This document shows positions 1 to 18,764 of a DNA stretch of 64,000 nucleotides, piece by piece. Source of the DNA: Piromyces finnis finn (Eukaryota > Fungi > Neocallimastigomycota). The position numbers and the translations under genes were made by a program. The first letter of the stretch is position 1. Each line of letters starts with the position of its first letter. The stretch spans positions 1,116,001-1,180,000 of the forward strand of contig MCFH01000001.1 in NCBI GenBank assembly GCA_002104945.1. Reading direction: 5' to 3'. Under the pieces are notes generated by a model. That model ran no database searches and was not told where the DNA came from. It was given only the letters and a program-made list of their open reading frames with translations.

Positions 1-1411
1 TAAAAATATATTAAAAAAAAATAAAATGAAAACTTTTTTAGGAAAACGGTGATTAATATTATTTTTAATATTATTTAATATATGTTCAATAAACTAATTA
101 TATAAATAATAAATATATTAAAATATAGTATAAAATATATTAATATTAATTAAAATATAATATCTATTTAAAAAATCATCACTCAAAAAAAAAAAAAATT
201 AAACCACAAAAAAGTGGTTAAAAATAATAATTGTAGGTAGGTAGGTAGGTAAGTGTAGGAAGAGGATCAATGGAATGGAAAGTGGTTTACTTGTAATTAA
301 TTATAATTAATTATAATTAATTTGATTCCCATTCAGAATTATTGGTAAAAAGATCGAATTTATAGTTAATTTTAACTTTTTAAACTTTCATATGAAAAAA
401 GGTACTATTTTAAAGTATTGTAAGTAATTAAAGGAAACATCAATCTGTTAATTTGCAAAGGCGAGAGAGAGAATAATCAAAAGATATAAAGCATTTAAAA
501 AATAAAAAGAATAAAGAGACTTTTATTATTTTTAATAAATAAAAAAATTAATGTAATATTTTATTCATTAAAAAACCTATTCTAACTACATATATTTTAT
601 GCAAATATTTCATTTAATCATATGCAATACGTGATATATAGATGATTATCAAACACGTGTGACATATATCATAAATTTATTATATTTCATAAATTTATGA
701 TCATTTTTTCAAAAGTTAAATTTTAACATACTAATGCCTATAAGACGGAAATTTAATCGGAGGCGGAAAATTTTATATTGAAACATATATTACAATAGTT
801 TAAAATATATTTTAGTAATAGATCAAATCTGTATTTAAAAAAAAAAAAATTGTATATTTTTTTTGTATTTGAGAAAAAAATAAATAAAAAATTTCTGTAT
901 TATAAGAAGTTTTTTTTTTTTCTCAAAATATAAAAGAAATTGAAAAATCAAAAAAGTTCAAAATAAAATATTGTTTTAAATATCTTTACAAATTAAATAT
1001 TAATCGTAATATCAAACTAATTGTTTAAAAGTTTAAAAAAAAAAAAAAAGAAGAAAATTAAAACTCACCATATAACACAAATCCAAATAATTAATATTTA
1101 TAATTTGAAAATAAAAAAAAATTTCTTCACCATTTTAATTTTAAATAATGTTAAAAGAAAAATTTTGATTATTGTTATTGAGTTTTTTATTTATAAAACT
1201 TTTATATTATAACATAATTTGTATAATATAATATAATAGTAATAATAATTCAATAATAATTCAATAATAATTCAATAATAATTCAATAATTGAAATCCAT
1301 TAAATGTTAATAATTCTTTAAAGAAATTGATAATTTCGAATTAAAAAAAAAAAAAAAAAACCCTATTCAAGCATTTATAAAATAAAAGGGAAAGGATAAT
1401 TTATTAGAAAT

Positions 1412-2761
1412 ATGAAAATGGAATCAGAAAAAAAAGAAAAAAGTTTAATAAATGAAATAATTGTTCTTGCTATACCTTCAGTGCTAGAGGAGGTTTTTAA
1501 AACATTACTTCAATATGTTGATACTGCAATGGTTGGCCATTTAGGTGAAGAAGCAACAGCTGCCGTTAGTACTACAACTACTATTGGTTGGCTTATAAGT
1601 TCATTTTTACAATCTATTGGTATAGCCCTTTTGGCTATGATGTCAAAATCAGTAGGTGAAAATAATAATGAAAAGTTAAAGAAACTTGCTGGACAAGCTA
1701 TATTATTAGTATTAGTATCAGGAATTTTAGTAGGTTCTATTGCGTTATCTCTCGCCAAATTTATACCAGTTTGGATGGGTACAGAAGTAAACGTAAGACC
1801 AGATGCCTCAAAATACTTTTTTATTATTAGTGTACCAATGGTTTTTAGAACTGCAGCATTAATTTTTGGTTCCTGTATAAGAGCTACTTTAGATACAAAA
1901 AGTCCCATGATTGTAAATGGAATTACTAATGTAATTAACGTCATTCTTGATTATTTACTTATATACGTATTCAAATTAGGTGTATCTGGTGCTGCTTATG
2001 CAACTGCAGTATCTCATTTTATTTCAGGTACAATGATGTTCATTGTATTTATGCGAAAAAAACAATTTGATGTACATTGGAGTAGTTTAAAAAAAGACAA
2101 TGAAATTCTTTTGGAATTAAGTAAAATTGCTCTTCCAGCAGCTGCAACTCAAGCTTGTTCATGTTTTGGTTATATCGTATTTGCTGGTCTTGTTTCCAGT
2201 ATGGGTACAGGTATATTTGCAGCTCACTCTATTGCTGTTAATGCTGAAATGATTTTCTATATTCCAGGTTATGGTTTAAGTTCAGCTACTTCAGCTATGA
2301 TAGGTGTAGCGTTTGGTGAAAAGAATTTTATTAGACAGAAAAAAATTATGAGACTTAGTACCGGAATAACTATTTGCATTATGGTTATTAGTGGAACAAT
2401 ATTATATTTATGTGCTTATCCATTAATGAAAGTGTTTACCATTAGTGTAAATGTAGCAGAATTAGGTGCAAAAATGTTAAAAATTGTAGCCTTTACAGAA
2501 CCATTTTTTGGTTTAATGATTGCAATGCAAGGAATTTTCTATGGTCTTGGTAAAACTAAAGGAGTTTTTATAATTGAGACATTTGGTATGTGGGGAATAA
2601 GAATATTATTTACTATTTTATGTGTTAAAGTTTGGCATACAAGTCTTACTGAAGTATGGTATTGTATGATTGGTGATAATATAAGTAAAGCATTATTACT
2701 TGGTTTAACCATGCTAATATTTGTTAAGACAAAGTTACCAAAACTAAATACAGATGCATGA
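1412..2761 (+). CDS. MATE (NorM-like) multidrug/ion-coupled efflux transporter, intronless, bacterial type
   Basis: 449-aa uninterrupted ORF with about 12 hydrophobic segments. N-terminal LAIPSVLEEVFKTLLQYVDTAMVGHLG, internal D-TKSPM...N.IN.ILD...I...LGV.GAA.AT and the two-lobe repeat match the MATE family as seen in Clostridiales. Confidence 0.93.
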   Translation: MKMESEKKEKSLINEIIVLAIPSVLEEVFKTLLQYVDTAMVGHLGEEATAAVSTTTTIGWLISSFLQSIGIALLAMMSKSVGENNNEKLKKLAGQAILLVLVSGILVGSIALSLAKFIPVWMGTEVNVRPDASKYFFIISVPMVFRTAALIFGSCIRATLDTKSPMIVNGITNVINVILDYLLIYVFKLGVSGAAYATAVSHFISGTMMFIVFMRKKQFDVHWSSLKKDNEILLELSKIALPAAATQACSCFGYIVFAGLVSSMGTGIFAAHSIAVNAEMIFYIPGYGLSSATSAMIGVAFGEKNFIRQKKIMRLSTGITICIMVISGTILYLCAYPLMKVFTISVNVAELGAKMLKIVAFTEPFFGLMIAMQGIFYGLGKTKGVFIIETFGMWGIRILFTILCVKVWHTSLTEVWYCMIGDNISKALLLGLTMLIFVKTKLPKLNTDA

Positions 2762-3497
2762 AAAAAAAAAAAATTTTTTTTTAACTCTTAAAAAGGGAAA
2801 TATGTAGTTTTAAGTAATATTATTTGTGGTTTTATAAACAAAAAGTAATAACATTGAATATAATATGGGAAGATAATGATTAAATAATTCAAATTTTTAT
2901 TTTTTTACTTCTATTTTTATTTGTATTTAATTTATATAGTCGACTTTTTTTTTTTTTTTTTTTTCATTTTTATACTAATAAATTTATTTATTTTATTTTG
3001 AAGATCATTTTTATGAAATAAAAATGAGTTATCGTGTAATATTATACATTCACTATTGAAATACTCTATTATAAAAAAAAATTCATAATATACCATAATA
3101 ATAGTAATAAAAAAAACTTAATATTTTTCATAAATAAAAAAATTCTCATCAAGAAATATTTATCGTATATTTTTATATTGTTAATATATTTATTGACATA
3201 ATAATAATTATAATTTTTTTCTATATTTTAATATATTTATGTATTTGATATAAAAAAAACATATTTATTAATAATAGGTTTTAAAAGAAGAGAAAAATAA
3301 CTATATACTAATTTCTTAATATAATAAAAATAGGGTTTTTTTTTAAATATATAAATAAGATAAAAATAAATAAATATATAAATAAAATAAAAAAAAAAAA
3401 CAATTTTAAATGATTTATAATCATTTACTTTATTTAAATCCTTTATATAAGTTAATACAACAACAGCAACAACAACAACTCATTCTCAAAATACTTG

Positions 3498-9057
<5,560 letters not shown>

Positions 9058-11123
9058 AGTTTATAAAAAAAAATTTAGTGTTGAATGATATCTATTTAAT
9101 TATTTGATATTTTGATTTTTTTTTTTTTAATTACTTTTTTATCTTTTTTCTTTTATATTAACTTTCTATATAGTATCAAATAACAATATCTGAATATAAA
9201 TAGTATTAATATCTAAAAATTTTATATTTTATTATTATATTATTTCTGTTTATTTTCTTTTTAAATATCAACAGTGAAACAATAAAATATAATTACAAAA
9301 GTAAGAAATTATTCATATATATCGTTATCTATACTTTTCAAAGTAATATATTTTATATAATACATATAAATATTATATAATAAAAAGTAGTTCAATTAAT
9401 TTTATTATGATATACTTTTTGGAATTATGTGAAAAAAAGTTATTTCATCTCAGGAATATATAAGATAAAAAAAAAAAAAATTAACTAAAAAGATTAAAAA
9501 TTTTAATTATAATAAAATAATACCCAAAACTTTTATAAATAAAATTTTTTTTTAAACTATTACTAATTATAATATTTATAAACATATATATGAAAATTAA
9601 AATACATGATGGGAAAGTAATGAAAATCTTTTAATAATAATATTTATAGATAAATATGAATATTCTATTATTATTTTTAATATATCTTAAATACTTTTTA
9701 ACATGATTTTTTTTCAAATAATATGTTAAAGTTTAAAATTTATAATTTTATTTAAAAAAAAAATAAGTTTTTTAAGACATAAAATTATTATAGTTCTTTA
9801 TATATATAATTGGGTAGTATCCTATTCTTAAACTTATTTATATTATAATTTATAAAAATATAATTGATAAATGAAATACAAATATAAAAAAAAAGGAAAA
9901 AGTAAATTCTTTAGTAGATAAATTAGAGTAATATTATGTAAAAAAAAAATAATAATATTTTTTTTTCTTATCTTTTTAATTTTTTAGTTACATATACATT
10001 TTCTTAAAAACATAAAAAACCTATGAAAAAAAAAAAACAAAATATTTAACAAAAATATGCGTATATGATATTTGTATTTTAAATTTAAAATAAAATTTAT
10101 ATTTAATCTATTTTCTCTACTATAATATTTACATTCATAATTCATTAAATTGAATGATATAATATTCATTAAAGAATTTTTTACTTTAATTCTTTAATAG
10201 TATTATTAACAATGAAATTCAAGAAACAAATAAAAAATAAAACAAATTATATTTATCTTTTATAAAAAGTATATATATCTATTATTAATAGAAAGAGAAA
10301 AACATCACAAACAAAATAGGTTTTAAATACCAATTTTATAAAATTAAAATAGATTAAACGTAAAGATAAAGAATAAATTGTTATTTTTTTCTAAATCTCT
10401 TTTGATATTTTTTGATACTATAATTATGGATATAATAAATATTAAAATATGTCTCATTAATTTTTTTAATAAATCATATATCATGGAAAAAGATGAACCT
10501 ATTTTTTTTTTCTCTAAGTTTTTTAATATCAGTTATAGAATTTTCAAAAACATAAAATAAATCAATATAGAAATTTAATAATTTCATTAATTAAAAAATT
10601 AGAATTAGTAAATGCTTTTCCTTTTCAATATTTATTATTAATAATATTATGTTTATTCATTATTAATTAAAGTTTAAAAATAGTAGAGTTAATCATTTTA
10701 TTATTTAAAATATATAAAATTAAAGAAAAGTTATTATTATTAATCCAAGAATGGAATCTAACTAGTAATATTATTTCTTTTCAATAAAGTTATTATTTTT
10801 AAAAATGGGAAATATATATATATACATATTATGATAACATATAATGATTTTATATGAAATATAATAATGATACAATTGATCGAAGAGTTGAAAGTCATAA
10901 TGAACAACTTGATGGAATAAAAAATAAAATTAAATTTATATTTTTTTAAACTTAAAATATTTATGTAGTTTAATATTATTTTATTATTAGATTATTATTA
11001 TTATTTTATAAATATATATATATATATATATATATAAATTATTTATAAATAAGAAATAAAAAGAAAAACTAAATAAAAATTTCTATGTCATATAAAAGTA
11101 AAAAAAAATTATTCAATTAATCC

Positions 11124-13237
11124 TTAAGCCCTGTTAATGTAAAAGGAATCAAAAACCTTTGAATCAGAATTAATTCTTAACATTTGACAATAAGCTTTTT
11201 TTGAATTACCACCATAATTGAAATCACAGAATACACCTCCATATTTATTAGCATTTTCAGCACTTGTACCTCTAGCATATTTCTTTTGCCAATGTGAATA
11301 GTTTGCTTGTTCACCTTTTTCATCATAAATCTCCCAACCACCAACACCGTTTAAAATGTTGATGGTAGCACCCTTACGAATTTCAACATTTTTACCATCA
11401 GAATTTTTATCCTTTTCATCAATAACTCTATTTTTAAAATTGGACATGACATGAGTTCTTGCATAAACATGATCATGAGCACTGAAAATAATAGCTCCTT
11501 GTTCTCTGCAATAATCATAGAAACTTTCACCATCTCTTGAAACAATATTACCATTTTCTTCATCACTATATTTACCAGTATGATAACCCATATCATAAAA
11601 ATGCCATGAACAAATTTTCCAATCTTCTTTAGCTTCACCTAAATGTTTCTTTAAAAATGAAAGTTGTTCACTTCTACTATCAGCTCCTTCAATTGCTGGA
11701 TTTAAACCAATAACTCTCTAAAAAAAAAAAGAAAAAGAAAATTAAAAATAAATATAATGGTTAATAAATAAAAAAAAGAGGTGTTAATCTTTCAAATAAT
11801 TAAAATCTTTTATATTTTTAAAAGGGGAAAGGATAGTATATTAAAAATTAGTATTAAATATAAAAAAAGAAAGAAAGAAAGAAAATGAATACAAACCAAA
11901 TTATTGTATTTACAAGACCACATATATTTTGATGAAGAATATTCACAATTAACATTATTATTTCTGCTACTAGTCATTTCATTAATAACATTAGTTTTAA
12001 ACTTTTTAGCTACTTCTTCACCACATTCATTAGCTGTTTCATGATTACCTAATACACCCATAAATTGATATTTACGATTACTATCTAAAACATCAGTGAA
12101 ATAGTTATTTGGGTTACATTCATAATCATAATCTCCAAGATATAATAAAGCATTGAAACTAGTGAGTTGCATAACTTCTTTTGCTTCTTTTGTAACACCA
12201 CTATAAAAAAATTTTTTTTTTGTTTATTTTAATTATATATTTTTAAAAAAAAAATTTATATAAATAATAATCATAATAATAATCAAGTTGTATTTGAATT
12301 GTATTTACCTATCACCAATAATGGCTAATTTAAATTGTGATGCTGAAGTAGATGTTGAAATATTAGTGGTTGTAGATGATTTTGTTGTAGTAGTTTTTGA
12401 AGTGGCAGTTGAAGTACCATCACATTTACCAAAATCAGATTGACATCCGGTACCACAATAAGCAGAATCAGTACCACAATAACCATATTTACTACAACAT
12501 TGGCTATCTGGACAAACATAATCAATATTATTTTTTCTACCACAAGTATAATCAGTTGATGTTACTCTGGTTGAAGTTGAAGTAGATGTCTTTGTTGTAG
12601 TCGTCTTTGAAGGTGTAGTGGTAGTTGTTTTTTTAGTAGTAGTAGTAGTAGTAGTAGTATTTTTTGAAGTGGTTGTAGATGTTTTTGTTGTTGTACTTTT
12701 TGAAGTAGTTGTAGATGTCTTTGTTGTAGTAGTTTTTGAAGTGGCAGTTGAAGTACCATCACATTTACCAAAATCAGATTGACATCCGGTACCACAATAA
12801 GCAGAATCAGTACCACAATAACCATATTTACTACAACATTGGCTATCTGGACAAACATAATCAATATTATTTTTTCTACCACAAGTATAATCAGTTGATG
12901 TTACTCTGGTTGAAGTTGAAGTAGATGTCTTTGTTGTAGTCGTCTTTGAAGGAGTAGTGATAGTTGTTTTTTTTGTAGTAGTTGTAGTTGTTTTTTTAGT
13001 AGTTGTGGTTGTTTTCTTGGTAGTTGTGGTTGTTTTTTTAGTAGTAGAAGAAGTACTATCACATTTACCAAATTCAGATTGACATCCGGCACCACAATAA
13101 GCAGATGAAGAACCACAATAACCATATTTACTACAACATAAACCATCAGAACATTTACCAATACCAGAACCACATGTTTTAGAATGAACAGTAGAAAATA
13201 CTGTCAAAAAAATAAATAATATATTTAAAGTTTTCAT
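11124..13237 (-). CDS. Secreted protein: signal peptide + 3 CBM18 (hevein-like chitin-binding) + Thr-rich linkers + calcineurin-like metallophosphoesterase, 3 exons, 608 aa
   Basis: Exons 13237-12309, 12200-11897, 11717-11124 splice in frame (1827 nt). Three CG...C...CCSKYGYCG....YCG.GCQS.FGKC modules. Phosphoesterase motifs AIIGDSG, LYLGDYDY, VLGNHE, SWH and FSAHDHVY. Confidence 0.9.
12381..12952 (-). repeat. Intragenic tandem duplication (339-bp period) of CBM18 plus linker
   Basis: 12381-12613 and 12720-12952 read as identical by eye. The ORF track shows identical 62-aa shadow ORFs offset by 339 bp. Confidence 0.92.
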
Positions 13238-16200
13238 AATTTATATTATCTATTGATTTTTAGTTGATCTGTTTTTTATCGGATAAACCAATTTTATATT
13301 ATTTTAAAAATATTTGTTATTTAAAATTAATTACCTGACTATTAAAAAAAATTAAATGAAAAATAAAAAACCGAGATTTATCTACATTTAAATATGATGG
13401 AAAAAAAATAAATAAATATAATATTAATCAATTATTATAATGGTTATTAAATTGAATTAATTATATTAATATGTCAATTTAAACAAGAGATGATGTACAA
13501 GTAAAATTCAAAAAAAAAAAATAATAATATTATTATTATTATTAGTAGTAGTAGTATTATTAGTATTTAAAGTTGAATCATAAAAAGTAAAGATTCATTA
13601 ATTTTAAAACTAATTAAACTAATTTTATGGTTCGATGTTACACATTGTAATTTGACATGTCGTTCAATTTAATTTAGGTCTAGTTTAATATATTTAAAAT
13701 TCTAAATATAGATGAATTTTAATTTACAAAATAAAATTAAAAGATTGACCCAATTACCATAAAATCATTAAAGACATTTTAACCTTAACATTTTTTATTT
13801 TTTTTTTTTTTTTATTTTATTTTTACAGGTTAAAAATAGGGTATTTATTAATTCAAAAATAATAAATAGATATATACATTTTAAAGAAAATATATATATT
13901 ATTAAATATATTATATAATATTTTTAATTTTATTTTATATATATATATATATAAAAAAAAGGGAAATACCATAAATTTTGTTATTAATGGAATAGTAATA
14001 ATAACCTTTATTAAATGATTTTAAATGTTATATTCCTTTTTTATTTTTTAACATAAATTATTTTAAAGTTATTATTCTTTTTATTTTTAATTGGCTTCCA
14101 AGATTTAATTCTATTGTTTGCTTTTTTGTTTTGTATAACTAGTTTTTATTATTAAATATAAAAATAACCTTTATTTCTAAAAAATTTAAAATAAAAAAAA
14201 AAAAAATACTTTTTATTATTATAATTTAACCTAATAGCATCAATTATTAATTAATTTATCATTATTTATATTTCTAATTTTTATTTATTATCAAATTTCA
14301 TATTGGTCATTTGGTTCAGAAATTTCATTTTTTTTAGATATAATCTGTTTTTTTTTTTTTTTTGTGTGATGTCAAATAATCTTTTTTTTTCTATATACCT
14401 ATTTATAGATATAGATATATTTGCATTTCCACTAATAATTAATCCAACCTAGAAATTATGGAGATAATTTTAGTTTTTTTTCTCCCAAGGAATTATTACT
14501 TTGTTTTTATTTAGACTTTCATTATTGTAATCCCTTTCTCAAAACTATTTATTTAATAGACTAACCTAATTTTTGTTAAATTCAGAATTTAAGAAAAAAA
14601 AAAAAAAAGAATAATAATCCTATTAAAAAATCAAAGTTATTAGGTTTCTCTATTATATATAATATAGATATATATTACTGAAGCATCTATTATTTGTTTA
14701 AACAATATTTTTATTGTTTGGAGTCATAAAATGAAAAAGTATCTTTTCTTTAATACTTTTTTAAATAAAATTTAATTGTCAATTTTACATATAAATTTTC
14801 CATAAAAATGAAATTTAAGGTGGTAGATTGATAAACAATAAATAATAATAAAAAAAAAAAAGAAATTCAAGTAAATAATGGACTGAAGATAATAAATCAA
14901 ATGCAAAAAAAAAAAAAAAAGTCGAGTATTTTTATTAGAATGGTGTATATATAAAAAGTATTATTTCCTTCCGGACTGGTTTTTTTTATTTACTTTTTTT
15001 TTAATTATATATATATATAATTTAAATTTGAAGTAAATATATACATAAATAAATAATTGTATAATATAACTTGCATGAACGTAAAATAATTCATTAATTA
15101 TATTATTATAAATACTTTCATCTATATTATTCGATATAATTACTTTTATTCTTTTCTTTTATTAAATAATTCAAATATGTTTTTTCAATGAATATATTTT
15201 ATCGATGTTTATTGAACTTATTTCTATAAAATTTTAAAGGAAGTGGTAAAAGTCAAATATTTCTAGTTTATCATAAATATTACAGGTATTTAAACAAAGA
15301 AATTCTTTTATTACAAGGTTTATCTGATCCATATGAATTTTAAAAAAAAAAACGGTTTTAAAAACAACTACTAATATTATAATAGTAGTTATAAAAGAGA
15401 ATTTAAATATATAGTTAATTTAAAAATTATTTTTGAAATACTTATGCGTAGTTTTGTTGATATTCTACAATATAAACTACATATTTCGCATAATTATGAC
15501 TTACTTTAATCACTATTGCAATCCTATTATTCATTTATATTATCATATGGCTCACCAAAAAATATGGCAACACTTTACATAATATTTTTTTTCCAACACT
15601 AATCACGTTGAAAAATACAACATATACATTTCACCATAAATATAATTTGTATAATTATAATAAATTATATAAATTGATTTTTTTAAAATAGTTTATTTTT
15701 TACAAATTATTTTATAGTGTATGCTAATTATGAAGTAACTAATTATAATTATAAAAATATAATAGGAATAATTATTTTAAAGTTTTATATTAAAATCTTA
15801 CATATAGTATTATTTTCTGTTGTCTGTTTTAATTCATTTATTAATTATATATTTTTAAAAGAATAAAGTTATTAAAAATGAGATTTAATTCTATTATTTA
15901 ATTTTTATAAAAGTTATAATATTTTTTTTTTTAATTTTTAATATTAATGATTATTAAACATAAATATAATATGTTATTAATACATTTCTTCATTTTAATT
16001 GTATATTTTAAATAGCTTTTAACAACTATTTCATTCTATTTAAATTACCTCTTTCTTTAATATTAATATTTAAAATGAACTACTTAACTCTTTGGAATTT
16101 TTTATAATTAAATCCAATTAGACTTAACCACCATTGCATCCTTTTATTTTATTTAACGACAATAAAATAGGAATACATAAATAAAAACATTGAATTTTAT

Positions 16201-16849
16201 ATAATTATTCGAAATAATAATAAAGAACCGTTCCTTCCAAGATAAAACTAATTTATGAATTTTTAATTTTTTTTTCGATTTAAAATACATACAATTGAAT
16301 TTGATATATTTTGTCCTCTTTAAAAGTATTTATTAATTATTATTTTTAATATTTTTTTATCTTTATAATTATGAAAATGAAATTAAAATAAAAAATAATA
16401 ATACTATTATTGTATTATTTTAAATGTTGTATGAAGATTTTTGTATAAAAAACAATTCAATTTACTTAATAATTACATCACTTAATAATCTATTAATTAT
16501 TTATTCATTTTCCATGATATTATTTCATTCGATAAACCTAATAAATATATTTTTTTATTTTAGAGATATGAGATATAATGACTATTAATATAAATCAAAA
16601 ATGGATATTATGTATTATCAATAGCATTAAAACGGTTAAACAGAAGAGTTTTAAATAGAAGAATTATAAGTATATTTTTATTTTAATTAATGAATGTTAT
16701 ATTTATTGTTTTAATATGGAATAATTATGTTGAAATCATTATTATTAAATTATTTTTTATTGTGCATTAAACAAAATATTTTAATAGCTTTTAGAATATG
16801 AATTTTATTAATGTTTTTATACATTATTTCTTATTCTTCATTGCTATTA

Positions 16850-17611
16850 AATGTTATTAATAAAGTCTTCTTTTAAAATGCCATAAAAAATCTACGGATG
16901 ATTATTTAAAATATATAAATAAAAAATTTAAAAAAAAAACATTAAAAAATTATTCCAAAGTCTTAAGTTATTAGATGAAGATAGTTATAATGATGATATA
17001 ATTGATAATATAAAAGATATAAAAGAATTATCTAATGAACTGAAAACAAAGTTTGTTCTTATTATTGATGAATGGGATTATCCAATTAATATAAAATTTT
17101 CTGATCTTGAAGGAATGGATAAAGATAAAAATAAAGAAGAATATGAAAAGGAGAAAAAAAAGGGAATGCTTTTATTAAAAAATATATTCATTTTTTAAGT
17201 GATTTAATAAAAGGGCATTCATGTTTCGCTTTTGTTTATATGACAGGAATATTACCAATAGCATTTATCTCAATCGTCAATTAATTGTTTTAAAGAATAT
17301 TCTATGTTAAAAGATAAAAAATATTATCAATATTTTGGTTTTTACAGAAGAAATTCAATTTCTTCTGTAAAATAGATGAAAATACCAATGGAATAAAATA
17401 TGAAGATTTAGAAAAGTGGTATAATGGATATAAAAGTTATAATAGTAAAAAGATTTTTAATACATGGTCAGTAATTCAAGCATTAAACGATAATTCAATT
17501 GATAATTATTGGACGGAAACAGGACGTTTAGATGATATATTAAAGGGAAAAAATATCTATAAAATTAAAAAATTATGAGGTAGAAGATATGCATAATGAT
17601 TTAATGGTAGA
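16850..17611 (+). pseudogene. Frameshifted fragment of a bacterial-type AAA-ATPase-like (PF09820-type) gene
   Basis: Across several frameshifts and a stop it reads KTKFVLIIDEWDY (Walker B), FVYMTGILPIA, SINCFKEYSMLKDKKYYQYFGFT, KWYNGYK and IFNTWSVIQAL.DNSIDNYWTETG. The Walker A region was not found; the start coordinate is approximate. Confidence 0.8.
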
Positions 17612-18764
17612 AATAAATAATAAATAAAAATAAAAAATATATATATATATAAAAATATAAATATAAAATAAAATAAAATAATTATTAAAGTTGCATAAAA
17701 GTTCAATGAACTCTGCAATTTGTACTGTGTGGGATTGGTCCCTACTTAATAAATTAAATGAAATAAAAAAGAGAAGTAACATCAGGTATGATAATAGTAT
17801 GGTGTCTACTAAAACTCCCATGAGCTAATAATGATTTCATTTGAAGGAACATTAACATTGAACCCTGTGTACGGAACATTAGGAATGTTCCTTTGCCATA
17901 TCGGTACGACGTCGGCGCTCTTGATGACGTTAGGTGTCCTACTAAACCTATCAAAAAGTAACCTCATTGAGCTACAAATGATAAGGATTGTTTTAGTAAG
18001 AAAAGCCGCGAGACCCTCTACCTATGAAACATGAGACCCCGATGAACTGTAAAGCTGTTCATTCAAATGTCATTGTTCTGCCTTATTGATTTGTAGCTCA
18101 TCATAAGCTAAAGTTCCACCAAAAAGGAATGTAAAAATATAGTTATAAATTGTTTTTCTTACTTCCATTTCAGGGAGTAAGTAAATGATAAATTGATTAT
18201 TGTATTTATTTTTGAAAATGGGTAAAAAGATCGTTAAGAAAGCTAAGTGAAGAAGTTCTGTATTCAGAGAATGCGGGTCATTCAAAAATCTAATGATAAA
18301 AAGATTGTTCATCCTATCTGCAACATGGACAGACACGAGGGCAGTCAGGAGTAACTCTATTACTGGCAATAGCAATTCTGGTAGTGTTTTCATAACCGTA
18401 TCGAATACAAATAATCCATGTAATTCCTAAATTTAAGTGAGGTTTGTTGAGACTGATATGCATTAGGCGATTTGAATTAAGGAATTTGTTGTTAGTATAT
18501 CTGAGGGCTTTACTTCCATTATTTAGGTATTATTCCAATAATGTTCTCTAATATTCCTTAGTACTTTTAATATTTATTTTCATAAGTTTCTTATGTAGTG
18601 AACAAGATTCTTTGGCCCAAGAATAATGAGACATAGGAGGAATAGATCGGACGAGATCTTTAATAATACAATTTGATTTTCTCCATTTAACAATAGCAAG
18701 AAACCTTTGGGATCGAGTACATACCGTCGATGTAAAATGTTGGGTCTACATAACTAAGGGATCT
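17612..18764 (-). mobile_element. Degenerate family-B LINE relic (3' part, internally deleted)
   Basis: Aligns by eye to about 55205-56760 of the intact B copy with many substitutions. About 400 bp is deleted (B 56294-56693), and it lacks the last ~95 bp and the poly(A). Confidence 0.9.

Noticed and set aside
1384-1411. Purine run aaaagggaaagga as a relic Shine-Dalgarno before MATE
   Set aside because: Spacing to the ATG is too long and such runs are common in this window.
1510-1944. Antisense or alternate-frame ORFs over MATE, Bud6, CBM18, RGS, the 51-bp repeat and the LINEs
   Set aside because: Shadows of real coding frames, with no independent motifs.
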